This document shows positions 40,831-55,019 of a stretch of DNA of 64,000 nt, piece by piece (within the stretch, counting starts at the first letter, position 1; each line of letters opens with the position of its first letter). The translations under genes were made by a program, and so were the position numbers. The DNA is from the human T2T-CHM13v2.0 reference genome, Homo sapiens: the NCBI RefSeq assembly GCF_009914755.1, contig NC_060940.1, one strand, 5' to 3'. Under the pieces are notes generated by a model that saw nothing but the letters and a program-made list of their open reading frames with translations, did not search any database and was not told the origin of the DNA.

Positions 40831-41882
40831 TGTGTTGTGACCTCTGTGCTAGAGGGCTGGATTCATCCTGGGTGGTCTTGAGGGCAGGAGAAAACTTGAG
40901 ATTTTCCTCAGTGAGTACAGAGCTGTCCCTCAGAGCTGGGGAGCTCTTTGGGAAAAGGGCTGGGTGAGGACTTGGAAGGGAAGTAAGTTTTCTCTACCCT
41001 GGACACACACCACATCCTGGTATTTCCCACTCAGTATATGTGATGGAAGACTGAACTTGGGGGCTCACTTTGGAAGTGAATATAGTCTTGGAAGGGGAAG
41101 GCACTCCCTGTTGGGCCCCTGGGTGCTTGGCTTCAAAGGCTCAGGGATCGGTGGCATGTGCAAAATGAGGGCACATCTGCTCCTGTACACCTCAATTACA
41201 CCTTCCCTGGAGCTGGGAGAGCTGGGATTGCAGGTGTTTGAGGCAGCATTGCAGGTCCTGTGCACTCACCCTTGCTAATGTAGCAGGCCAGGTTTTTAAT
41301 TCCATGGGGTCAGGATGCTAGAGGATGATTTCCCTGGTGAGGACTGCCTGGCAGATCTCTGATTGGTGGGAAGGAACAGCAGGGACCTGGGGGATGGAAG
41401 GAGAAATAAATGCATGACAGGTCTCAGCGACCCAGCAGTGCCCTCAGGGTGGGGGCTTCAGAAGCCACAGGGAACAGAGGGCTGAGCACACATAGATCAT
41501 GCTATGAAGCTGTCCCCCTACCTGCCTCTTTCACTCCCTTTAGGAAAAGACTTATGAATTCCCTGGCCAAGGACTTCCGAGAGAGTCCAAGAGAAATCTC
41601 TCTCTCGTTCCTGTGCACAGGCAGAATAAGTGCTCAAGCAACCCTGGTTATTTTTGGAAGGTCAGCTTGGGTCATGAGTGTGGTTTCTGGGAAATAATTT
41701 GCATCAGATGCCACAGTGACTTATGGGATTGGGGGACATACAAAGAGGAATTTGGGCTTTGTTGAATTCTTTGGACTCCTGAGTTTGGATGCTGCTGAGA
41801 AGGAGAGAGAGATGCTCTTTGGGAATCCATTTTGTGAAGTATCGTGTGCCAACAGGGTGGAATGGACAAAGATGTCCTGCTC

Positions 41883-42297
41883 TGTAACAGCTATCTATTG
41901 CTGCATAACAAGCATCCAAAACTCAGTAGCTTAAAGCAATAGTCATTGTTTTTACATCACTAATTTGGCATGGAATCTGTGGCTGCAGTCATCCTGTGAC
42001 TTGGCTGGGGCTGGGAGGTCTAAATGATCTAATCATGTGTCTGATGATCGGTGCTGGCTGGCAGCTGGACCACATTTCCCTCCCCTCACAAGCTGTCTTG
42101 GACTTTCTTACATGGTGTCTATGTTCCAAAAACAGCAAGAAAAAGAGAAACCCCAATGTACAAGATTCTTCTTGGGCCATTCTTTCTAATGTTCCATTGG
42201 CTAAAGCAAGTCACTTGGTCAAGCCCAGGTTTAATGTGGAGGGGCCCATAGCGGGAGACATGATTCATTGGGATAATTACTATAATAATCTACCACA
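41883..42297 (-). mobile_element. MaLR LTR, MLT1G/H-like
   Basis: CTATTGCTGCATAACAAGCATCCAAAACTCAGTAGCTTAAAGCA...CCATTGGCTAAAGCAAGTCAC...ATCTACCACA. Confidence 0.85.
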
Positions 42298-42329
42298 ATG
42301 TGTTCAGGAAGAAGTTGGGTGCAATTCCT

Positions 42330-43440
<1,111 letters not shown>

Positions 43441-43479
43441 AAGAATTGTCAGGGCCCCTGTAGGAAGCCAGTCCCTTCA

Positions 43480-45465
43480 GCTGTGTGCCGAATCCCATCC
43501 CTTTTGGCTTCTTCAAGGACAACTCTTCAGCAATGCTCCCCTCTTATCTCCTAATGCCTCAAAATTTCCATCTCAATCAGATCTTTCCCTAAAGTATAGA
43601 AGCAATACTGCTGTTTCTCCCCACTTGAAATATCTTGACTCCATTTACTCTCTCAGCTCCAACTCACTTCTCTGCTCACCTCTGCAGTACAACCCCTTGC
43701 AGGGTTGTCTATACATGCTGTCTCCAATTCCCTTCCTTTCTTTTTCTCCCAAACCTAATCCAATCTGATTTCTGTCCTCACCAGTCCACAAACACTGCCA
43801 TTGGCAGGATTATCAAAGACTTTCGTGTCACTAAATCCAGTGGCCAATTCTGAGTCCTTGTCTTGATTGAGCAGTCAGGATTATTGGTCACAGTTAACTA
43901 TCCTCCTTTTTGGTGCATTTTCTTCCTGTGGCTTTCAGGACACCACATTCTCTTCGTTTCTCCCCATCATATTGTTCAGTCCTTCTCAGCCCCCTTTGTT
44001 GTCTCCTCCTTTCACCACCTCTGAAGGCTGGAGGTTCCAGGGCTCAGTCCTTGGCCCTCTTTTCTTCTCTGCCTTCCCTTGTTGGTTTCATGCAGTCTTA
44101 TGACTTCAAATACCACCTATATGCCAATGACATCCCAATTTATATCTTCAGACTGCACCTCTTTCTAACTCAAGCCAAAGGTATCGAACTGCCTTCTTGA
44201 CATTCCCACTGGGACTTTGTATCAGACAGGAAAGAGTAGGCTATGGTTTGCTAGCAGTAACCTCAAATCTCAGCAGCATATCACAAAATGGTTGGTTCTC
44301 ACTCCTGCTACACGTCCCTCATGCTCTGCACCATGTCATCATCACTCCAGGACTCCGGCTGATGGAACAGTTCCCACCTGGAATGTCACTGATCACAGTG
44401 CAAAGGAAAATAGAAAACATGGTAACCATAAACTGATGCTTTAAACTTTTGTTCACGTCTCACTGGACAAATGAAGTTCCATGGTTAATCCTGATATCAA
44501 TGTAGTGGGGAGGTGTGACAGTATTTGTGCCCAATAGACATCTTGAACCCATCTTGTCCCAAATGAAACTCCTTCTCCCATGATCCTGCTTTCCCTAGGC
44601 TTCCTCATCTTAGTTGATGTCAACACAATACTTTTATTTATTCAGGTCAAAAATCTTGGAGTCATTCTTGACTTCTCTGTTCCACATATCCAGTCCTTAG
44701 GGTATATCATCACAATATATTCAGAATATGACCACTTTGCACCATCTAAACAGCCACATATCTACCCACCAACATCTCACTATTGGATTATTTCATGTAA
44801 GTACCATGTGCTAACCGATTGCACAACTGGAGCTCCATTACTGGATCATTTCAATAGTCTCTTAGTAACTGGCTTTCCTACCTCCATCCCTGACTCACCC
44901 CCTGCTCCCAATAATCTGTTCTGAGCACAGAAGTCATAGTGATTCTTTTAAATTCTAAGTCAAATAATTCTTTGTCTCTGCCTGAAACCCTCCAGTGACT
45001 CCCCATTGACTCCCATTTTTCCACAAAGTAAAATCCAAATTTTCCCACTGGCCCTCAGGGTCTTTACACTCTGGTCCTCCCCACCGCTCTTGCTTCTTCT
45101 CTGGCTCTTCTCAGCATCACCCACACTGGCCTCCTCACCCCGCCTTCCCCCAGGGCCTTTACAATGACTGCTCCCTCTGCCTGAAGTCCTTTCTTTCCAG
45201 ATAACTGTCTCCTTTTTTTCTTCCTTCCCACGAGGCCTACCCTGACCATCCATTTGAAGCTACAGTCTTTGGTTCCAGAATCTCCCAATCCTATTTTATT
45301 CTCCCAATCTTATGTTTATGATTTACCTGTTTTGTCCATTGAAATGGAAGCTCTAAGAAGGCGGAGTTGGTTGGGTCAGTTTTCCTCACTGTCGTGTGTC
45401 AAGTGTCTAACACAGTGTCTGACATACGGTAGGTGGTTGATATTTAACTATGGAATTAATGAACG
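43480..45465 (+). mobile_element. Long L2a fragment to its 3' end, interrupted by MLT1
   Basis: CTAAATCCAGTGGCCAATTC, GGCTCAGTCCTTGGCCCTCT, AAATACCACCTATATGCCAATGAC, AATCTTGGAGTCATTCTTGAC, terminal CACAGTGTCTGACATACGGTAGG. Confidence 0.9.
44217..44535 (-). mobile_element. MaLR LTR, MLT1I/J-like
   Basis: TGTATCAG...GCTAGCAGTAACCTCAAATCTCAG...CACTCCAGGACTCCGGCTGATGGAACAG. Confidence 0.75.
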
Positions 45466-45588
45466 CATCGCTAGCACCACAGTGTAATGAGATTTTGATT
45501 AGGAAGATCTCCTTAGTTCCAAAGGAATCTCAGGCCTTGAAAGTCATCATGAGGTGAATCCACATTAATCCAGGGTTGATTTCCACCA

Positions 45589-45865
45589 CAGAGTCTCAAA
45601 GTGTGGCATGGGGACTCCTGTGAGTATGCAAGATTTTAAGTGGCACATGGAGGCAGGGGTTTATGTTAATAGTTATGTGCTCCTTCTAATTCATTATGAC
45701 AAGTGATCCAGTTTTTCACATGTGACAGGTAGGTAAAATTTCTTTTTATAATATTTGTGTATAAGAAAACAAAATAGATTGAATTGAGGAAAAAGTAAAA
45801 AATAGGCACAGATGGTAGGTGGTGTAGCAAAAGCTGTGAAGATGGGATGTGAATGAATGACACTG
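45589..45865 (-). mobile_element. MER113A-like hAT-Charlie element
   Basis: CAAAGTGTGG...TTTTAAGTGGCACATGG...ATGACAAGTGATCCAGTTTTTC...GCAAAAGCTGTGAAGATGG. Confidence 0.6.
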
Positions 45866-46296
45866 GTGAGGTCCTGGATGGCACAGAGGGATGCAGAGCT
45901 GGGCTGGGCAGGGCCATGAACATGGAAGCAGCAGGATCAGTCAGGGCCTGGCTTCTGGGAGTGGCCTGAGTCTCTTCCCCGCCAGGCTGCCCACATGCTG
46001 CCTGGGCCTGGTCTCCAGCAGGCTGCTGGCTCCTGGGAAAAGGAAGGCCCAGGAAGCAACACTGTGTGTAGGGGTGCAGCAGCTGCAATGGCACCTCTGA
46101 TCCATCACTGTCAAGTTATAATTGCCATTTTCCTGAAATGTGCTTTGCTTCATTAGGCTTGAAATAAACATCTTATTTTTTTTTGTCTCAACTTTCGTTC
46201 TAGCTTTTTCTCTGCTGATCTCTTTCCTCCCCATGCTCCACAAAGGTGTCTGATGTTTATTTGCAGCCCAGACTCGAAAATCCATCCTAGGATGGT

Positions 46297-46332
46297 GGAG
46301 AGACAGAAGGAGAGAGAGAGGAGAGAGAGACA
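46297..46332. repeat. (GA)-rich simple repeat
   Basis: GAGAGACAGAAGGAGAGAGAGAGGAGAGAGAGA. Confidence 0.85.
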
Positions 46333-46829
46333 TCATTACAGTATAGAAATCTCCACACCTCTCAAAAGCCATTTGAAATCTCTAATCTTCTTCATCCCCC
46401 ACCTCAGGAAAAAGAGAAGAACCATAGTTCTTATTTATTTTGACAGTCCTTTACTCTGCTGTCAGAGGCTCCACTCCAATCAGTCCTGTGCCCCTTTCAC
46501 ACGGGAATGATAGCATGAAGGAGACAGATGACCTACCCAGCCTCTTGGCCTAAGTAGGGCACCTCTCCAGCTTCTCCTAGTCACTCTTAAGTCACTCCAG
46601 ATTCTCCTAGTCACTTCTAGCTCCTTCTTTGCAATTTGTCTGCCTTAGAAAGCCACCATGAAACATTTTGAGGTGATTGGACTTCATTCATCCATTTGTT
46701 CATCCATCCATCCATCCATTCATCCAGCCAATTTATTTGACAATAGTTACTGAAGTATTTGCTATAGACACAGGATGCTATGTACGATGGGTTGGTATAG
46801 AGGGAGGGTTGGAGAAGTTATATGAGCTC

Positions 46830-47000
46830 AATATTCACAGCTTCACAGACATTCTATGATGAAGGTAAGATAAAGCTTATTTTCTCCTTGTACATCCAGA
46901 AAATATGAGGCCAAGAGATGATGAAGACATTTCAAGGTCACAAACCAAGTGTGTGGTAGAGTCAGCCCAGAACTCACGTCTCCAGTACTCCACGCCCTCC
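46830..47000 (-). mobile_element. MIR SINE
   Basis: TGAGGCCAAGAGATG...TTCAAGGTCACA...GTGGTAGAGTCAG. Confidence 0.65.
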
Positions 47001-47716
47001 ATCTGGACTGGTGAGTTTAGGCTGGAGAAGAGAAAAGAGGAAGGCAGCTGGCCAACCATTTCTAGAGGAAGCTTTGGTGCATTTTTCTTGCCCTAAAGTT
47101 GTGCTAACTTATGTTCTGTTGGAATAGCAGCCCAGTTCAATGAACCTTCAGACAAACTATCTAACCTCATGTAGGTGCATTTTAATCCCATTTGACTTCT
47201 ACTGGAAAAAGCCTCAGCTCTGATATAAGACTTTGAGATTATAGGTAAAACCTCAGTTAGTGCAAAAGTATTCACATATGATGCAGCTAGCAGAAGAAGC
47301 AGATCACCTGAGGGCCCCACATCTGCTGTGGACATTTCCTAGGCTTGCATCTGTCACAGGTATGTCAGCTATACTAGGGATTTACAGCACATGAGACCGA
47401 CACAAGGCCTGACCATGAGCTCTGACTTAGGGCTGCCAGGTATCCTATTTTTTCATTCTGTTTCTTGCTTTAATGGACACAGGGTCTCATTTATAGGGCT
47501 AATGCAAGTGATTAGCTTAAGCAGAGAGGGTCTCCTAAAAGCTGCCTGGGAAGCAAGGCGGTGCTAAAGAGGGCTTTTCTGGTTGCAAGGAAGGCAAAGA
47601 GAGGAGAATGACGTGTAAACATTCTATCTAGAGCAGCCATTCACCTCTCCACCACTCTGTGTCACATGGCTCATTTCTACCGTCTTCACAGCAATTACGT
47701 TGCTCTGAAATTTCTT

Positions 47717-48222
47717 TTTATTTAAATTTCAACTTTTACTACAGATTAAATGGTACACATGCAGGTAAATTGTGTGATGCTGAGACTTAGGGTCCCAATG
47801 ATCCCATCACCCAGGCAATAAGCATAGTACCCAGCAGGTGGTTCTTCTGCCCACACCCCCTCCCTCCCTGCCCTGTTTAGTGGCTCCCAGTGTCTATTGT
47901 TCCCATCTTTAGATTCATGTGTATTCAATCTTTAGCTCCCACTTATAAGTGAGGACATGTGGTATTTGGTTTTCTGTTCTTGTGTTCAGTCACTTAGAAT
48001 AATGGCCTCCATTATTCTAAGCTCCATTCATGTTGCTGCAAAGGATGTGATTTCATTCTTCTTATGGCTGCATAGTATTACATGGTGTATATATATATAT
48101 ACCACATTTTTTTTTATTTTATCCAGTCCACTGTTGATGGGCACCTAGGCTGATTCCATGTATTTGCTGTTGTGAATAGTGGTGCAATGAACATACGTGT
48201 GTATGTGTCTTTTGGATAGAAT
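47717..48222 (-). mobile_element. L1PA15/16-like 3' fragment nested in an L2 3' end
   Basis: ATCCCATCACCCAGG...TTTAGCTCCCACTTATAAGTGAGGACATGTGGTATTTGGTTTTCTGTT; perfect TSD TGAAATTTCTT (47706 / 48223). Confidence 0.93.
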
Positions 48223-48479
48223 TGAAATTTCTTATGCTTTGTTTTCTTACTTATAACCTGTCTCCTCACTCTAATGAAAGTCCATCGTAGCCGGGATTTT
48301 ATCTCCCTTGACCGTGTCTTCTACAATAGTGCTTGGTCTAGAGGTGCTTTGTTCATTCCCTGAAAGAATAAACAAAGAGTTGATTATCTTAAAGGGGTGC
48401 TGAGGTGTATCACATGGGAAGCAAGGCAGATAATAGGCATGATGTGACTGACCTTGTGAAGAGCCAAAGAAACTCAGAG

Positions 48480-48920
48480 AACAGCACAGATAGTGACTCA
48501 GTTTATGAGCTTTGGATTTAGACCTGGTATCAAATCCCAGCTTCTCATTCTAATTTCCTCATCTATAAAATGGGTTGAGAATATTTCTTGAGCAACTACT
48601 TTGTTCCAGGCCCCATACTGAGCTCTTGGACTACAATGGGGATCTAGTTAAATCTTCTACCCCTGTGGAGCTCAGGCAGATGTCTACTCCTCCAAGTTCA
48701 CAAAGGAGCACCTATAACCACAGCGTATGAGAGGTGCTCTGTGAGAGCTAAGCAAGGAATGGAAGAACACTGGGGTGACTCCTCTGGACGGTCGGGGAAA
48801 CAAGACCCTTGAGAAAGAGTTAGAGGCTTCCTGGAAGACCTGCAGAGAAAACATCAGAAAGGAGGAACAGCCTGCACCAAGGATAGAGACCAGGAGCTTC
48901 AGTGTTAGAGGAATTGTGAC
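48480..48920. mobile_element. MIR (+) then L2 (-) fragments
   Basis: TTTCCTCATCTATAAAATGGG; TTGAGCAACTACTTTGTTCCAGGC...GGCTTCCTGGAAG. Confidence 0.55.
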
Positions 48921-49027
48921 CAGATGGGCTGTGTTTGTGAAATGTAATGAGGCCAGAGCAAGAGATGAGTGTGGAGAGACAGGCACAGGCCAAGTATGTT
49001 TCACAGGGTTGTGAGAACGCCAGAGGA

Positions 49028-50140
49028 TCATTCATTCATTCATTCATTCAGTTCTTCAGCAAATTATTTATTGAATGCCTTTTATTGGTCAGAGGTTATT
49101 CTCAGCACCGGGGATGCAGTGGTAGAAAGGAGACAAATCCCATGCTCTTCAGAGCATCTATTCCAGATGAAGAAGACAGGCAATGAGTAGAAAAAGTAAA
49201 TTATTGAGTGTGTTAGAAGTTAATAACGTAAAAGTGGCCAAGAAACATGTGAAAAAGTGCTCATCATAACTAATCATCAGACAAATGCAAATCAAAACCA
49301 CAATGAGATATCATCTCACACCAGTGAAAATGGCTTTTATTAAAAAGTCAAAAAATTACAGCTGTTGGAGAGGTTACATACACTGTTGTTTGGAATGGAA
49401 ATTAATTCAGCCCCTGTGGAAAGCAGTTTGGGGATTTCTCAAACTAAAACAAGAACTACTATTAGATCCAGCAATCCTATCCCTGGGTATGTATCCAAAG
49501 ATAAATAAATCATTCTACCCAAAAGACACCTGCACTGGTATGTTCATTCCAGCACTATTTACTATAGCAAAGACATGGAATCATCCCAGGTGCCCATCAA
49601 TGGTGGACTGGATTTTTAAACTGTGGTACATATATATACCATGGAATACTATGTAACCATAAAAAGAAGAACATCATGACCTTTGCAGCAACATGGATGC
49701 AGCTGGAGGCTGCTATCCTAAGTGAATTAATGCAGAAACAGAAAACCTAATACCACATGTCCTCACTTATAAATAGGAGCTGAACATTGGGTACACATGG
49801 ACCTAAAGGTGGAAACAATAGACATAGGGGCTTCCAAAAAGAGGGAGGGAAGGAGGGGAGCAAGGGCTGAAAAACTACCTGTTGGATACTACATTCATTA
49901 TCTGAGCAACGGGCTCATTAGAAGCCCAAACCTCAGCATCACGTAATATATCCATGCAACACAACCGCACATGTACCCCCTGAATATGAATTTTTTTAAA
50001 AGAAGTTAATAAAAGGTATGGAGAAAAACAAAGCAAAGTAAGGGCCATAGAGCATGCCAGTGGGGGGTTGGGTTTGCAGTCTTATGTAATGTAATCAGGG
50101 CAGGCATTGGTAGGACTTGAAAAGAGGTAATTCACATAAA
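49028..50140 (-). mobile_element. L2a host element split by an L1
   Basis: (CATT)n tail, GGGGATGCAGTGG...; resumes at TATGGAGAAAAACAAAGCA. Confidence 0.7.
49230..50000 (+). mobile_element. L1PA15-17-like 3' fragment
   Basis: ORF2 C-terminal remnant [14 protein letters not shown]... (49285-49656); TSD AGAAGTTAATAA on both sides. Confidence 0.93.
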
Positions 50141-50209
50141 GATATACAGATTTCAGCACAGCGCTGGCTGGTACATAAGAAGGCCTCAATAGGCCAATTA
50201 ACCAATTAA

Positions 50210-50310
50210 CCATGATGATGATGATGGTAATAATGATGGTGCTGGTGATGATGAAGGTAGTGGTGGGGAAGATGAAGGTGAAAGACAAAAAGAAGAAGGA
50301 GGAAGAGTCA
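50210..50310. repeat. (GAT/GGT)n low-complexity tract
   Basis: ATGATGATGATGATGGTAATAATGATGGTG... Confidence 0.8.
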
Positions 50311-51089
50311 TTAATGGGAAGTCCTTTGTAAGAACCCTTTCCTGGCCAGCCCTTCACACAAGAAGTAGCCTTTTTCTCTTTTTCTGTCCATTGGTGCCTC
50401 CTCCAGCCCTCAGGCCCTCAGACCTGAGGGTCTCAGGCATTTCCAGTACCAGAAGAGGTGCAGAAATGGTGGCCAATACTTTTGGAAATTCATCTTCCAA
50501 AAATTGCTTTCCATCCATTTGCTCCACTTCCAGTTTATTACCTAGCAGTGTGCAGATGGAACCATTTTTTCCCAGAGCTGCTTGAAAGAGAGGCATTGCA
50601 ATTGTGCAGCAGGCTTGGGAACTGATTTATGGGAGGTATACCCCAGGAACCAGGCCCGATGCCCCCACCCATAGCTGTAGCTGGTAGAATATGACACTGT
50701 CTGGCCTAATTCTGTGGGCTAACACTGGAGACAGACGCCAGAGGTGCTGACATGTCACCTGGTCCAGGACGCCTCATCCTCTCCCATCTTCTTCCTGCAT
50801 TGGAGTCTCTCCCACCAGGCCTCTAGCCATGGTCTCACCCCAGTGAGCAGGAAGGAGAGAAAATGTTTCTCAAGACAAAGGCAATTTCCTACTGCCAAAG
50901 GAAACACTCAACCACATCTTTAATCATCTGAGTATTCGGAGAGCTGCTCAGTTGGGCCATTTAGAAGTTATTATAGAAGCTAATTTGTTCTTTGACATTT
51001 TCTATTGAATTTTCAGTTCCCTCATTCAAATTTGAAGAGATTATGACCCCATAATGTGGCCTATAAACCCACATTATAACTACAAATTG

Positions 51090-51302
51090 AACCAAATCTT
51101 TATCTTTCCTTCTTTCTTGCTGTGTGACTATGGGCAAGTTGTTGAACTTCTTTAAGCCTTAGTTTCCATATTGGTAAAATCGGGTGGCTCAGAGTCTGCT
51201 CATAGGATCCTGGTAAGGATTAAATGAGGTAGAGCAGCTGAATGCTTAGCTCCGAATTAGGTGCATAATAAATGTTCAAGAAACGTAACCTAGTAATAAT
51301 AT
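51090..51302 (+). mobile_element. MIR SINE
   Basis: GCTGTGTGACTATGGGCAAGTT...GCCTTAGTTTCC...GGATTAAATGAG. Confidence 0.85.
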
Positions 51303-52460
51303 TTCTTAAAAGCATTCTTACTGTCTTTCTCTCAGGCCTAAGTTTCCTTTATTCACTGAGCTGTGATTTGGAATCTGAAGGCCAGCTGAGTTTCTACAGG
51401 TGACTTAGGACAGGTATTCTACTACACAGATCCTCATATTTCATAGCTGTGAAAATGGGGGCATCAACTATCTCCCACAGTTCTTGAAAGAAATACTCCT
51501 TCTGTATGTAGAAGTTTCTTGTAAAAGCCAAATCAACCTCTGTGTAAAGGCTAGTGATTGCCATCATTTTATAAATAAAATCTGTGTTTATTTTCAAGGT
51601 GGATCTACTGCAAAACAGAGACACACACAGGCTTCTCACAACCCTCTGCCTGACTCACACAGGGTCTTGTTGCCTCTCCCTCAGGTGCCTGGTAGCTGCA
51701 GGTGACAGGGACGAAGTCTGAGTTTCTTCCCCTGCCTAGATGTTTCCCCAAGTGGATTCTGCAGGAGTTGATTCTGTAGCTGTTCTTGGGTTCAGATGAC
51801 TTCAGTATGTTTGATGGGGGGACTCCTCACTTAGAGATCAAAGTCTGGAATCTTGTCTTCTCCAAGGTTAGGAAGTGTTTAGCTCTTGGCTTTTCTCCCA
51901 GGCTAACCTCTAGACCTGATTTTGGTATTTGCCTGCTGCCTGCATGATGCTGGGCCTAGAGAGAGACCTGAAGAGCCAGAGGGCTGGTCAGTTCTGTATC
52001 CTCCACATTTTGGAGGGATGCTGAAGACTGTACTGTGCCAACAGCTCCCACGACAAAAGGCAAAGGTCATGGTGGGAAAGGGAGTTACAGTGGGCGGTTC
52101 ATGTAGGCTGGCCATCCTGATGGCGTTCCCTTGTTTCATCTCTTTCTCCTGCCACCTTCCCATTTTAACATGTTACACTGGGGCCAGGGAGTGGGGAGCT
52201 AGATTTCAGGGGCTTGGTAAGTTCAGCCCATAACATTTTTGTGAAAGCCCCTTCTCCAGGAATCAGTCTTTACCTGTGACATTAGGTAATTTCTAAGATA
52301 TGGAAGATATTCTAGATCAATATAATCTTCTAAGATTCTGCCAGGCCCATTCTGGCCTATGTCTCAATCTCAGAAAAACTGTAATCCTTGAGGGTAGAGC
52401 TTATAGGAGGATGGGTCCTTCCCAGTTTAATAACCTCCTTTCTCTTCATATGCTCTAGAT

Positions 52461-52637
52461 AAGCTCGGTCCAATAAAACTTCCTGTGATAATGGAACCAC
52501 GCCATGAAATACGGTAGCCACTAACCACATGTGGCTATTGAACAAATGTGGTTAATGCAACCAATGAGCTCAATTTCCTATTTAATTCGTTTAAATAGTT
52601 GCATGGTGATGCATGGCTACCGTATTGGACAGTATAG
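52461..52637. mobile_element. MER3-like hAT MITE
   Basis: GTCCAATA...GGTAGCCACTAACCACATGTGGCTATTGA...GGCTACCGTATTGGAC; TSD CTCTAGAT / CTCTCGAC. Confidence 0.85.
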
Positions 52638-53489
52638 CTCTCGACCATCTCTCCTTTCAATTACGGAGTCAGCATGTGTGCAAAAGAAATTGCTTGATAA
52701 TCTCTAAGATGCCAGCCCCAGTGCCAGGCTCTGCACAGGACACATGAGGAAAAAGGGGCTGGGGGTTGCTCCAAGCCTTGGGAAAGTTTTGCTTATTGCT
52801 TGGGAGGAGAGATGGAGACAAAACAATTAAAAGCAGAAGCAAATTCTGGGCAAGGGACTCAGAGCCTGTGAGTTTTGCCTGCCAAGTTAAGAGTTCAATT
52901 CTTGGAGGGCAGGAGCTACTCAGGCTGGGTGCACAAGGGTTGCCTGATAAAGACAGATGGGCTGTGAGGGAAGCAGCCTTTTATTGGGCATCTGCCCCAT
53001 ACTATTTGGGCAGCTCAGCATTGCTGGGCTTTGTGGGGTCCCCAGCAACCCTAGGGCTCCACTTGCCACCTACCCAGTATCCCCATTCCAGGTTCTCAGC
53101 AGGAATGGGCAGTGACGTCTAAACTTAATTTATTTCCCTGATACTCTCTAAGCAATGATCTGACTGACATCCCTAGTAGAAACCAGCCTCTTTTCCTGAT
53201 AACTGTAAGCACCAAGAAAACATTGAGAGTGGCTGGCTTCTTGGCCTCTCTGTGCAGGGAGGGTGGGTTTTATCCTTTTGTCCAGGGTGAGGGGTTTCCC
53301 CGAGTCTCACACAGCCCTAGCTCTCCGTGGTGGCTGTGCCTCCACTCTATCCCAGAATGGCGCACAGATCGATAATCTCCTCCCACAAAACAACTGGTCT
53401 TTCTTTGATGTGTATCAGGGTAGCTTTCCTTTCTTTCTTTTTTAAATAAATAATTATTTTGAGAAATCTCCCTGACTTGAGTAGGAAGC

Positions 53490-53715
53490 AAATGGCTGTA
53501 GAATTTATTTAACAAACACTCATGTGGTGCATTCAAAGTGCCAAGTACTGTTCTTTGTGCTCTTATGAAATATGAACGTGTTTAAGACTTACAACAACAC
53601 CAGGAGGTGCTCTGCTGATAACCTCATTTTAAAGATGGAGGAAGATGAGGCATAAGTGACTTAGGTTACTTGTCCAAGGTGGCATAGCTAGTTAAGTGGC
53701 AAGCTCGCAGGTGAA
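53490..53715 (-). mobile_element. MIR SINE
   Basis: CCTCATTTTAAAGATGGAGGAAGATGAGGC...ACTTGTCCAAGGT...AGTGGC. Confidence 0.75.
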
Positions 53716-53719
53716 CCTG

Positions 53720-53833
53720 TAGGGTGACGAAGCATCCTGGTTTGCCTGATGCTGAGGGGTTTCCTGGGACGTGGGACTTTCAGTGCTAAAACCTGGAAAG
53801 TTCCAGGAAAACTGGGTAGAGTTGGTCACCCTA
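53720..53833 (-). mobile_element. MER81 hAT-Blackjack MITE
   Basis: TAGGGTGAC...GGGACTTTCAGTGCTAAAACC...GTCACCCTA, about 114 bp with terminal inverted repeats. Confidence 0.88.
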
Positions 53834-54094
53834 TACCTTGGGGGAACAGGATGGCTCAGAGTTCCTCCTCTTTGTCTCCATGTTCTGCTCATTCATGGGC
53901 CCTGAGCCAGTGGGGGCATCTGGAAAAAGAGGTGAGTGACTTGGGACTAGCTTTGTTTCAGTCCCCTCATTTTCTGGATGAGAAAGCTGAGGCCCAACTT
54001 ATACTTGCCCAAACCTCAGGGAAATCAGAGGCAGAGCTGGAACCACACCTTCGTCTACCAAGTCCCAGCCTTTGGCTCTGTCCTACAGCTCATG

Positions 54095-54530
54095 GATATT
54101 TATTTATTCATCTGAACTCTATATCTGTGGAAAAGGGACTCAAAGGGACCTATAGCAGAGGACATGACAACAAGTTGCCGAAATACAAGCAACAGAATAA
54201 AACTGAAACCAAAATTTAATGCCAACATGCCAGCTCTAATAGATAATTTCAGCTTGAGCTTCCTGGCAACCATGATAAAAGAGGAAAACTCTCAGTTTCA
54301 TCAAGGGAAACAAGGCTTTTGATGCTGTTGTTTTATTTGGTTTAGTTTGTGTTTTTATACTGCATTACTATCTATTTGAGATCCTTAGACAGGAACTATT
54401 TATGAACACCAGGAGAAGGTGCTTAGCACTAGTTGGCTGTAAAGACAGAAGCATGTTTCCATGACTGCTCTTTATGTTAATCTGAGACTTCTGAGGGCTC
54501 CAACATAGTCTAAATAAACTCTGATTCAGA
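54095..54530 (-). mobile_element. Probable L4 (RTE-X) LINE fragment
   Basis: TTGAGCTTCCTGGCAACCATGATAAAAGAGGAAAAC resembles the L4 hallmark; ATTTATTTATT end. Confidence 0.5.
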
Positions 54531-55019
54531 GGTGTACTCTATGAAACAGATACAATTGGAGGTTGAGGGGCCTGGAGCCCTGCCTGATCCTGTACCTCAT
54601 ACCTCCAAAGCCTCCAAGGCATTCCATGGAGCCATAATTGACACTCTGGAGTGTCAGTTCTCCAAGCCCAGTTCCTGAGCACAGACACAAGCCTTTGGAA
54701 GCCTGACTGGCAGCTCCTCCACCTTGACAGCACCATGTGCTTTAGGGTGGGTGCCCCCACCATTGCTTCACCTCACCCTGTGCCCAAGAGTCCAGGTTCC
54801 TGCTGGGCAAAACCAGGCGTTTCCTATTATTCTTGAATACAGCATGAAGGATGGCTGGCTGCCCTGCCAGGAACAATTTGATTCTTCCTTGTTAGTTTTT
54901 CATTAGGATTTTTGTTGGCTTTTCTTTTAAACAATTTCTTGGGTTTCTTTCAAGGTCGAGGAGAAGGATGCTGATATAAATATACCACTGAGGGAGGGAG
55001 GAGAGCCCCACCCTAATCA

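Noticed and set aside
49285-49656. 123-aa ORF with real protein similarity
   Set aside because: It is the C-terminus of L1 ORF2 in a 5'-truncated L1, not a gene; the same applies to 3397-3609
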